This document shows positions 56,196-64,000 of a DNA stretch of 64,000 bases, one piece after another. Positions within the stretch are counted from its first letter, which is position 1; each line of letters starts with the position of its first letter. A program made the position numbers and the translations under genes. Source of the stretch: a virus (taxonomy: Duplodnaviria; Caudoviricetes); IMG/VR virus record IMGVR_UViG_3300027759_003166. The stretch is one strand, 5' to 3'. Under the pieces are notes generated by a model. That model was given only the letters and a program-made list of their open reading frames with translations. It was not told the origin of the DNA and made no database searches.

Positions 56196-59100
56196 TATAC
56201 CCACGCAAAGTATGTTAAATTAATTGCCGCAGCGTCAACAGCACCACCCCAGTTATGGAATGTTACACTTAATGTATTGGTACTACTTACCCATGCTGCT
56301 GCAACAAATACCCCTGCTGGTAATGTAGTACCAGGTGTAACTACTACTTTATGATTTGTGGTTAATCCTGTTACTGTAACAGTTTGTGTTCCGATAGACT
56401 GTTTTCCAAGGCTTGCAGGATCAATACTAACTTGTCCTGCTTTAATATTAGTTATACCTAAAAGTGAAACTGCTTGTGCCATCAATGTAGCAGTGTTAAG
56501 GCTAACTGTTACAGCACCTGTGGATGTTGTAACAAATATGCCAGTACCTGTGCTTATGCTGGTAACACCATTTATACCATAACTTCCTTGAATACCCTGA
56601 ACACCCTGACTACCGGTTATACCTTGAATACCCTGCGTACCTTGGTTACCAGTATTGCCTGTATTACCAGTGTTGCCTACATTACCTTGAATACCTTGAA
56701 TACCCTGCGTACCTTGGTTACCAGTATTGCCTGTATTACCAGTGTTGCCTGTATTACCTTGTATACCTTGAGTGCCCTGCGATCCGGTAATACCTTGTGC
56801 TCCGGTAATACCTTGTGCTCCGGTAATACCTTGTGCTCCGGTAATACCTTGTGCTCCGGTAATACCCTGCGTACCTTGACTGCCAGTATTGCCCTGATTT
56901 CCTTGGTTACCTTGGTTGCCTTGAATACCTTGACTACCAGCAGTACCTTGTGTACCCTGTATACCTTGTGGTCCTTGCGGTACAGCAGCACTGATTACAA
57001 TTGCACCTGTAGATGTTGATATGTAAATTCCGGATCCAGTAGTAATACTAGTAACACCGGTATTGCTAATTGTTGTACTTCCGCCTAAACTTGGACTTGC
57101 TACACTAACACCAATGCCTGCTCCAGCAGTAAATGTTATTTGACTAAATGCTAGTTTATTATTGGCAATACTGCCAGCCAACATATTGTTAGAGACTGTG
57201 CCAGTATCTGTGGTATAAACACCATTGGTCACTGTTGTTGCTAATGCTACTGCACCTGAAATCTTACTACCTGCCAACGAACCAATCCATGTAGGATTTG
57301 TATAAGTTTGATTAGCATAAACACCGTTGGTTACACTACCAGCATTACCAGATACAGTGCCAGTAACATTGCCAACCACATCACCAGTCAATGGTCCAAA
57401 GAAACCAGCACTAGTTACCGTATTAGCAACATTTAATCCATTAGCAGTAATAGTTGCTTCAATGTTTCCTGCCAGTGTTCCATTGGTGAAAAACACTATT
57501 CTATCTTCAGTAGTACCTATGGCTAGATTACCATCTTGTACAAATAGATATCCATCGTTGGCACCATTTACCTTCCAAGTGGATGTATTATAGTTACTAC
57601 CATTAATACCCATATCGATATAATAACTACCATCGTCGCCTATGTCATTGACTGCTACAAAATCAGATGATGATTGTGTTCCAGCGTTATGGTTAATGTT
57701 TACTACTTGCCCATAACTATTTAAATCATTATCAACTTGTAAAAGTGCGCCAGGGTAGAGATTATCTTCATTTAAAATACCAAACTTACCACCAGCAATA
57801 ACTCTTAAATTAGTTAATGTACTATAGGTAGCAATTAATTGTTGTGTGTTAATACCACTGCCATCAAAATCCCAATATTGTTTGGATCTATTCCATAGTA
57901 TAGAAGCAGCAAGATTAGTGCCTGTTCCTAATTGTATACCACCGCCATCAAGTTGTGATATATTAGATGCAGTTGTTCCTAATATGAGTATTGACCCTTC
58001 GACTGTATTTGGAATTAAATTAGTAAGATCACCAGTATAATTTAACGTACCATTGATATTAACATCGTTGAATGTAACATTACTTGAGGGAGCAAGGTCT
58101 TGTGGCAAACTTAATGTGATACTACCATTAGTTGATGCAGTTGCTCCGTTAACATTGATTTGATTTGCCGTACCTGCTAAGGATAAAACACCAGTACTAT
58201 CTAAACTGATAGAGTTGGCTAATCCACCACCGCTTAGACCGACACCGGCTATGACCTCAACTACGGCTACAGTGTCTAAATTATTAATCAAACTAACATC
58301 TACTGTACCAGTAAATGCTGTAGTTTGTCTTGAACGATCATAGAATGTAATACCACCATTAACATTACCATCAAAGTCTATACCTCGATCGTTGAATATA
58401 GTACTGGTTGTGATAACATTAGAACCATTGGGGGTAGTTTGTATTACTACCTGTGTGCCAGCAGTAGTATTGGTAAAGTCTTGTGTAGCCTCAACAGTAA
58501 TACGACCAATGCTTTGCACATATTGATTATCACCGTATCCTTGTGTAGAGAATCTAAGTAGGATGTCTTTGTTTTTAACGGCAGTAGGTGCTTGGACCGT
58601 TCCTCTTGCTGCACGACCTGCGATAACAGGGTAAGCACCAGTACCAAATGCATCAACACTAATCCGAGTTGCAATTCCATTCTGTCCTGTAATCTGCAAC
58701 ATTGTACCAGTAAAGTTGCGAGGTTGTTGGATACCCGCGGCATTACCAATAATGCTAAGTGCTGACTCTGATATAGAAATATTTTGTTTTGGAAATACGG
58801 TAACTAATCCCTCACGTGTAATTTCAAATACTTTATAACCATTAACATCATTCATCTTCACAGGGCGATTAAAATTAACATATCCTGTAGCAGTTGTACT
58901 ACCAACAATAATATCTCTGGCGTTATCAGCAATTATAATTTGGTTATCCTGAAATGTAAATTCACCGACCTTTAGCCCAGCAGATCCTATAATAGTAAGT
59001 ATATCATTTCTTGCGGTAATACCTACATCGTTGTCTTTAATTTCATCTTTAATAAAGATTGATCCACCGCCTAACCATAGATGTCTCCAACGATTAAGCA

Positions 59101-59989
59101 CCGATCCTAAACTTTGAACATTATTTTCTAAGGGTATAAGATCCTTGCCTAGAATAATATTACCATCTTGTCCAGGATTTAAGAACAGACTAGTATCATT
59201 GGGTGTATGTATATTAAATGACAATGTCTCTTTAGGACGAGCAATGGTCACTGTTTGTCCCGCTATTGGAAAAGTGGTACCACTGATATCACTAAAATCA
59301 CTCGATGTTATAACTATCGAGGTCCAAGTTCCTGTACCTGAGAATATAATAGGTGATGGTACAGGATATCCTGCTCCGGATATTATATCTCCTGCTAGTA
59401 ATTCAGCAGGTGGTGTAATTTCAAATTCTGTAACAGCATATGGGGCATTTATGATAGATTCATTTCCATATGTACCAATTGCTAGTTGATCAGTTGAAGT
59501 GGTGCTATAATTTATAACACCGTTTATTAATGCATCTGCTAAATTAACTACTACACTAGCGGTGGTATCGTTGAATATTGTACCTACTGGTAATGTAATT
59601 GTACCGTCTTCGGTAATTACCAATGTAGCAGTACCTGATGAGATACGATCTGTTTGTACATCAGTTACTACAGGATATGGTGGTAATGTTGCTGTAGTTA
59701 AATATCCAACATTGTTTTCAAAGTCACCAACATTGGTAGGTACTGTGGGATATGTGGGTAATGTACCAACTGTTAAATATCCAACATTGTTTTCAAATTC
59801 ACCTACATTGGTAGGAATAACTGGATAAGGAGGTAATGTATTAGTAGTTAAGTATCCTGCATTAATAATGCTATCAAAATTTGTGTAAACTTCATCAAAA
59901 TTATCATTGGTCTTTACCAATGCTGAACGTAGGCTTTCTCCATCACCTGTATATTCCCCTGATCCTACATTTATTGTTTGTTTTGCCAT
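56195..59989 (-). CDS. Long tail-fibre-like structural protein with collagen-like region
   Basis: N-terminal INVGSGEYTGDGESLRSALVKTNDNF matches the T4 gp9/gp10-type attachment motif; T/G/N-rich beta repeats; long G-x-Q/G-N-T collagen-like tract near the C-terminus. Confidence 0.8.
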   Translation of the reverse strand: MAKQTINVGSGEYTGDGESLRSALVKTNDNFDEVYTNFDSIINAGYLTTNTLPPYPVIPTNVGEFENNVGYLTVGTLPTYPTVPTNVGDFENNVGYLTTATLPPYPVVTDVQTDRISSGTATLVITEDGTITLPVGTIFNDTTASVVVNLADALINGVINYSTTSTDQLAIGTYGNESIINAPYAVTEFEITPPAELLAGDIISGAGYPVPSPIIFSGTGTWTSIVITSSDFSDISGTTFPIAGQTVTIARPKETLSFNIHTPNDTSLFLNPGQDGNIILGKDLIPLENNVQSLGSVLNRWRHLWLGGGSIFIKDEIKDNDVGITARNDILTIIGSAGLKVGEFTFQDNQIIIADNARDIIVGSTTATGYVNFNRPVKMNDVNGYKVFEITREGLVTVFPKQNISISESALSIIGNAAGIQQPRNFTGTMLQITGQNGIATRISVDAFGTGAYPVIAGRAARGTVQAPTAVKNKDILLRFSTQGYGDNQYVQSIGRITVEATQDFTNTTAGTQVVIQTTPNGSNVITTSTIFNDRGIDFDGNVNGGITFYDRSRQTTAFTGTVDVSLINNLDTVAVVEVIAGVGLSGGGLANSISLDSTGVLSLAGTANQINVNGATASTNGSITLSLPQDLAPSSNVTFNDVNINGTLNYTGDLTNLIPNTVEGSILILGTTASNISQLDGGGIQLGTGTNLAASILWNRSKQYWDFDGSGINTQQLIATYSTLTNLRVIAGGKFGILNEDNLYPGALLQVDNDLNSYGQVVNINHNAGTQSSSDFVAVNDIGDDGSYYIDMGINGSNYNTSTWKVNGANDGYLFVQDGNLAIGTTEDRIVFFTNGTLAGNIEATITANGLNVANTVTSAGFFGPLTGDVVGNVTGTVSGNAGSVTNGVYANQTYTNPTWIGSLAGSKISGAVALATTVTNGVYTTDTGTVSNNMLAGSIANNKLAFSQITFTAGAGIGVSVASPSLGGSTTISNTGVTSITTGSGIYISTSTGAIVISAAVPQGPQGIQGTQGTAGSQGIQGNQGNQGNQGNTGSQGTQGITGAQGITGAQGITGAQGITGAQGITGSQGTQGIQGNTGNTGNTGNTGNQGTQGIQGIQGNVGNTGNTGNTGNQGTQGIQGITGSQGVQGIQGSYGINGVTSISTGTGIFVTTSTGAVTVSLNTATLMAQAVSLLGITNIKAGQVSIDPASLGKQSIGTQTVTVTGLTTNHKVVVTPGTTLPAGVFVAAAWVSSTNTLSVTFHNWGGAVDAAAINLTYFAWV
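56619..56750 (-). repeat. 60-bp exact direct repeat with 72-bp period in the collagen region
   Basis: 56619-56678 is identical to 56691-56750. Confidence 0.85.
56783..56866 (-). repeat. 18-bp exact tandem repeat, four copies plus 12 bp (GAQGIT)
   Basis: Unit tccggtaataccttgtgc on the + strand. Confidence 0.95.
59668..59857 (-). repeat. 75-bp (25-aa) imperfect tandem repeat, ~2.5 copies
   Basis: GYLTxxTLPxYPxxPTNVGxFENNV units. Confidence 0.85.
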
Positions 59990-59999
59990 AGTGATTCCA

Positions 60000-60452
60000 T
60001 TACCTGTTTATGCTTATACCATTCATTACACCCTGTGTAAATTCACTGATACGCCCCCTAATCCAAACAAAATTTCCAGTGAAATTATAAGATTTGTTGG
60101 CAGTAGTTTCTGTGGTATATCGAGTAGTGTCAACTCCTGCCACAGACACTGCGCCAGTACTATCTACAACATATCTGTTTCCGGGTGAGGTAAGTGTGAT
60201 TGTAGCCCAATCATCGTCGACAGGCGCAGATGCTAGTGTACCTTGTATCTCAATGGTACCTATGAAATCTGCTACGCTCCAAAATACAGTGTGTAACCCA
60301 TCGCTGCTGCCAAAGTAACCATCACCTTTGATGCGTTCACTTTGATAAATCAGCGCGGTAGTAGCAGTATTTGGGTAATCTACCTGTACAGAATTTGTAG
60401 TAGTATTACCGTTGGTGATTTTGAAAACAAGGTTTTGGCTTAATGCTGGCAT
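60000..60452 (-). CDS. Probable structural protein (150 aa, beta-rich)
   Basis: TAAATA motif at 60460-60465; directly upstream of the fibre gene. Confidence 0.6.
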   Translation of the reverse strand: MPALSQNLVFKITNGNTTTNSVQVDYPNTATTALIYQSERIKGDGYFGSSDGLHTVFWSVADFIGTIEIQGTLASAPVDDDWATITLTSPGNRYVVDSTGAVSVAGVDTTRYTTETTANKSYNFTGNFVWIRGRISEFTQGVMNGISINR

Positions 60453-60462
60453 AATAAAGTAT

Positions 60463-61161
60463 TTATGCCGTCATTAAGTTCTCCCGTAGTATGAATTCTT
60501 CTACTCGTTTGACATTTCCGCTGGCAAACAGCCCAATCATAGTCAAAGTTTTCTCATCTTTGACATACATAAACGGATTGTATAACCATCTATGTTTAGA
60601 TTCTAACCACTTTTTAGAATTTTTACTAATGTTTATAGTATCAGGAAACTTAGCAGCCCATTCGGCAAATGCCAATCTACCCTCCATGGACCATGATTCT
60701 TTAAGATATACTTTATACTTGTATCCATCCTTGGGCAATATATCACGCAGAATCTTCTTATGCCCATTATCTAGCATATAATTAAGTTCTTCTTCTGTAG
60801 TAGGGCCAGATATTCTTTCTACCCAAGGTGCAACTGCTTTGTAGATATTCTCCAACAATACAGGATCTTTACAAAAGATATTATAATGCTTACCTTCTAC
60901 ACGAGTTTGTAGCTGATCTTTCAATGCTAGAAACGGCTCTAACCCTGTGGTAAATGCTAATAACTGGGCTTTGTTTTCTTTGCTCAATTTATCATTACTT
61001 TGCCAACGCCATAGAGCAGGAGCCGGTTCACCAAGACAGAAATCTTTAGTTTGATCAACACCGGCCCAGCGTAATCTACTGGCCCCACTGATATAGCATT
61101 CTATCTTGTAGGGCCATTTGTTATAGAATAACTTACTGGATGGTAGCTTCTGTATCTGCAT
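60463..61161 (-). CDS. Hypothetical protein (232 aa)
   Basis: Long ORF overlapping the end of the clpA-like gene. Confidence 0.7.
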   Translation of the reverse strand: MQIQKLPSSKLFYNKWPYKIECYISGASRLRWAGVDQTKDFCLGEPAPALWRWQSNDKLSKENKAQLLAFTTGLEPFLALKDQLQTRVEGKHYNIFCKDPVLLENIYKAVAPWVERISGPTTEEELNYMLDNGHKKILRDILPKDGYKYKVYLKESWSMEGRLAFAEWAAKFPDTINISKNSKKWLESKHRWLYNPFMYVKDEKTLTMIGLFASGNVKRVEEFILRENLMTA

Positions 61162-63409
61162 TTTTTTCTACCTTAACTACAGGCAATACTTCAACGATGT
61201 TGAGTTTAAGTTTGTCATCTTCTACTGATACTTCAACAACACCACCATTAACCAGCTTACCAAACAAGATTTCCTTGCTTAATGGCTTCTTAATGTATTC
61301 ATCAATAGTACGTTGTAGAGGACGAGCACCCATTTTGCTATCAAAGCCTTTCTTAATCAAATACTCAATAGATTCTGCGTTAGGTTTAACGTGTACATTC
61401 TTGTCTTTGATTAATGCGTTAAGTTCGTCAACAAACTTCTTAACAACTTTGGTCATACTTGTGTGATCCAACTTGCCAAACTTAATAATTCCATCTAAGC
61501 GATTACGGAACTCAGGTGCAAAGAATTTGTTAACAGCATCCTTAGGATCACCATCACGCTCTAAACTACCAAATCCAACACCATTCTTTTCAGCATCAGC
61601 AGCACCTAAGTTACTGGTCATAATGATAATAGCATTTCGACCATCTGCTTTCTTACCATTGCTGCCAGTAATAAAGCCATTATCCATTAATTGTAGCATA
61701 ACAGTAAGCACATCTGGATGAGCTTTTTCAACTTCGTCCAACAATAGAACACAGTTAGGGTGTTCTTGTAGATTAGTAATTAGCTGACCAGCATTATCTT
61801 CGAATCCTACGTATCCAGGAGGAGCACCGATGAACTTAGCCACACTGTGTTTCTCTTGATATTCGCTCATATCAAATCTAACCAGTTTAATACCCATATT
61901 GCCAGCAAGTTGTTTAGCAACTTCTGTCTTACCTACACCAGTTGGACCAACAAACAAGAAGCTACCTACTGGTTTATTGAATGCTTTTAGTCCTGCTTGG
62001 GCAATAAAGATCTTATCCAGTAGTGTTTCAATTGCTTTCTCTTGCCCAAACACTTTACCACGCATACTTTTTTCAAGTCCTGCAAGGTTAGAACCTTCTT
62101 TAGCACTAATTTGATCTAGTGGAAGATTGGCAATCTTTGCTACTTCGAATATAATCTCGTCGTGATCCACTACGCCGTTTTCTTCATCTTTGAGTTTAAA
62201 GCGAGCACTGGCACAATCAATAAGATCAATGGCCTTATCTGGCAATTTCTTATCACTCATATACTTGACAGAATATGTTACTGCGTCTGTAAGTGCTTGG
62301 TTAGTGATTTTAACATTATGATGTTTTTCGTAATACTTACGTAGACCTTTAAGAATCTTAATAGTAGTTGCTTCACTAGGCTCATCTATAGTAACACGTT
62401 GGAATCGACGCATCAATGCACGATCTTTCTCAAAATGTTTGCGATATTCTTCCCAGGTTGTGCTGGCTACAACTTTAATAGTACCTTTGCTCAATGCAGG
62501 TTTAAGCATATTTGCCATATCATTGCTGCTACCACTGTTAGCACCAGCACCACTCATCATGTGTGCCTCATCAATGAACAAGATACAGTTCTTTTTCTTT
62601 TCTAGAGCACCTAATACCATCTTTAAACGTTCTTCAAAGTCTCCACGATACTTACTACCTGCTAGCATAGCACTAATGTCTAGACTATAAACAGTATTAT
62701 CTTGAATAAATTTAGGAACACTACCTTCAACGATCTTACGTGCTAGTCCTTCTGCAATAGCAGTCTTACCTACACCTGGATCACCAATGAGCATTACGTT
62801 GGCTTTATTCCTACGTGCCAATACTAATTGAACTTCTTCAATCTCTGTTTCGCGTCCAATAACAGGATCAATCTTTTTAGATTTAGCACGAGCAGATAGA
62901 TTAACGCAGTACTGGTTAAGCATACGTTCAATTTGTGGATTTACAGGTTTCTCAACTTCTTCTTCCTGTTCTTCTTTATCAAACTCTTTCTGTACGTAGC
63001 TTAGAAACTTATCTTTGTCAATATTTGCCTTGCGTACAAAGTAAAATGCGTGACTTTTCTTTTCAGCAAACATACTAACAAAGCAGTCTACTGGTTCAAT
63101 AAGTAGTCTACCTGAAAACAATGCTGTTTGATATGCACGATGTAGCATACGATCAACAGTGGCAGTTTTCTTAGGGCGATCAAGGTCGTTAGTGACAATT
63201 TCATTAAGATCTGTGGTTATATATTTTTCTAAATCCTTAACCATTGAATTAACATCTGTACCAAAGTTAGTTAATAGTTTAGCAAATGGTTCATTTTTAA
63301 TCATACCGTACAAGAAGTGTTCCAGAGTAACATATTCATGACGATGTTCGTTGGCAAATCCAACGGCTGAATTGAAAATGTCTTCTAGGTCTTTGTTTGG
63401 TTGTAGCAT
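61133..63409 (-). CDS. clpA: ClpA-like AAA+ unfoldase
   Basis: Clp N-domain (HEYVTLEHFLY), NBD1 GDPGVGKT/LFIDE, NBD2 GPTGVGKT/LLLDE, no coiled-coil M-domain, VGF loop where ClpA/ClpX bind ClpP, MGARPL. Confidence 0.9.
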   Translation of the reverse strand: MLQPNKDLEDIFNSAVGFANEHRHEYVTLEHFLYGMIKNEPFAKLLTNFGTDVNSMVKDLEKYITTDLNEIVTNDLDRPKKTATVDRMLHRAYQTALFSGRLLIEPVDCFVSMFAEKKSHAFYFVRKANIDKDKFLSYVQKEFDKEEQEEEVEKPVNPQIERMLNQYCVNLSARAKSKKIDPVIGRETEIEEVQLVLARRNKANVMLIGDPGVGKTAIAEGLARKIVEGSVPKFIQDNTVYSLDISAMLAGSKYRGDFEERLKMVLGALEKKKNCILFIDEAHMMSGAGANSGSSNDMANMLKPALSKGTIKVVASTTWEEYRKHFEKDRALMRRFQRVTIDEPSEATTIKILKGLRKYYEKHHNVKITNQALTDAVTYSVKYMSDKKLPDKAIDLIDCASARFKLKDEENGVVDHDEIIFEVAKIANLPLDQISAKEGSNLAGLEKSMRGKVFGQEKAIETLLDKIFIAQAGLKAFNKPVGSFLFVGPTGVGKTEVAKQLAGNMGIKLVRFDMSEYQEKHSVAKFIGAPPGYVGFEDNAGQLITNLQEHPNCVLLLDEVEKAHPDVLTVMLQLMDNGFITGSNGKKADGRNAIIIMTSNLGAADAEKNGVGFGSLERDGDPKDAVNKFFAPEFRNRLDGIIKFGKLDHTSMTKVVKKFVDELNALIKDKNVHVKPNAESIEYLIKKGFDSKMGARPLQRTIDEYIKKPLSKEILFGKLVNGGVVEVSVEDDKLKLNIVEVLPVVKVEKNADTEATIQ

Positions 63410-63912
63410 TATTTGTACTTTCTCTTTACTTTAGTTTTCTTAACTGCCATAGCCCATTTAAGGCTGCTGACTCGATCTTGGAATGTAATTCCCTCAAGAT
63501 GATCATATTCATGTAAGAAGCACTTACAGTTATAACCATCAAACTCTCCTTCTTCAAATTCTCCTCGGCTATTCTGCCAACGAGCCTTAATTGCTTTAGG
63601 TCGTTTAATATTAACATATATTCTTGGAAAACTCAAGCAACCTTCTTCCATATCAGCAATTTCTTCTGTATTACCAATTATAACAGGATTAAAGAATGCC
63701 TGAGCAGCTTCTGGATTTACTCTATGCCCCATAACAAACACACGGGCAGCAATGTTTACCTGATTAGCAGCAAGTCCAATGCCGTCAGCGGCAAACATAA
63801 TTTCTAACATTGCCTTTTCAAGTTCTACAGGATCCATTATAGGATTAGCAAAGTCAAAATCAGGCATACGTTGCCTAAGTATCGGGTCGGGGAATTTTAT
63901 AAGTGTCAACAT
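63409..63912 (-). CDS. def: Peptide deformylase
   Basis: GIGLAANQV, EEGCLS, HEYDH: all three PDF motifs. Confidence 0.95.
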   Translation of the reverse strand: MLTLIKFPDPILRQRMPDFDFANPIMDPVELEKAMLEIMFAADGIGLAANQVNIAARVFVMGHRVNPEAAQAFFNPVIIGNTEEIADMEEGCLSFPRIYVNIKRPKAIKARWQNSRGEFEEGEFDGYNCKCFLHEYDHLEGITFQDRVSSLKWAMAVKKTKVKRKYK

Positions 63913-63920
63913 AATAATAT

Positions 63921-64000
63921 TTACAAATTGATTTGTCTAAGCATTTGTTTTTGATATTCATTAAGATTAGTCGGTATAGTAATATTAATGTTCAATAATA
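63921..64000 (-). CDS. C-terminal end of a probable DnaJ-family co-chaperone (truncated by the window edge)
   Basis: Manual translation ...LLNINITIPTNLNEYQKQMLRQINL* resembles the DnaJ C-terminal P..L...QK motif; only 26 codons are visible. Confidence 0.5.
   Translation of the reverse strand, partial: LLNINITIPTNLNEYQKQMLRQINL

Noticed and set aside
56783-56866. 18-bp repeats as CRISPR or a regulatory array
   Set aside because: They are directly tandem without spacers and encode collagen-like GAQGIT.
249-63617. Numerous short ORFs antisense to or overlapping the main genes (for example 669-1217, 31367-31687, 41141-41542, 52672-53013, 56474-57019)
   Set aside because: They are shadow frames of real genes, with no RBS context or recognisable motifs.
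1-64000. Stop-codon reassignment
   Set aside because: Standard-code ORFs are long and tile both blocks densely, with TAA/TGA stop-start overlaps.
1-64000. Cellular chromosome, prophage or eukaryotic giant virus origin suggested by clpA, def, sod and galE
   Set aside because: These genes sit among T4-like baseplate, clamp, polymerase and late-promoter features, with bacterial promoters and RBSs and no integrase or host housekeeping operons.
1-64000. tRNA/rRNA genes
   Set aside because: Intergenic gaps are almost all under 90 bp and no cloverleaf or T-loop (GTTCGA-type) context was recognised; a tRNAscan-SE run would confirm.

Overview
This window is 64 kb of an AT-rich jumbo myophage genome with T4-like baseplate and replication genes. 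It uses the standard genetic code, and I saw no tRNA, rRNA, CRISPR array, integrase or transposase. Positions 1-30470 (+) are a late structural block: gp5-like spike with a C-terminal GH19 lysozyme, gp25- and gp6-like wedge subunits, a 5,257-aa baseplate-type protein, a tailspike and tail-fibre paralogs. Positions 30467-64000 (-) carry thyA, a MoxR/VWA pair, a 5'-3' exonuclease, a 7-deazaguanine DNA-modification cluster, a sliding clamp, a family B DNA polymerase, a cluster of probable capsid-packaged proteins, a collagen-like fibre, and dnaJ-def-clpA. Two candidate new systems stand out. (1) At 47774-55908, behind a late-promoter motif, tandem genes share a T4-like capsid-targeting leader (M-[RKN]-x-x-E-[FL]) and many (I/L/V)-x-E protease-type sites. 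They encode SOD, an ADP-ribosyltransferase-like domain, a deaminase and a triple nucleotidyltransferase/ligase. Several modules are joined by a repeat conserved at the DNA level (AGCAAGGTGTGGCGGAAGG, encoding QGVAEG), which may act as both a cleavage site and a shuffling junction. (2) At 37904-43618, dpdA/queE/dpdL-like genes are interleaved with a GT-B glycosyltransferase and a GalE-like epimerase, suggesting a sugar-decorated modified base. All family assignments come from motif recognition by eye; no database searches were run.
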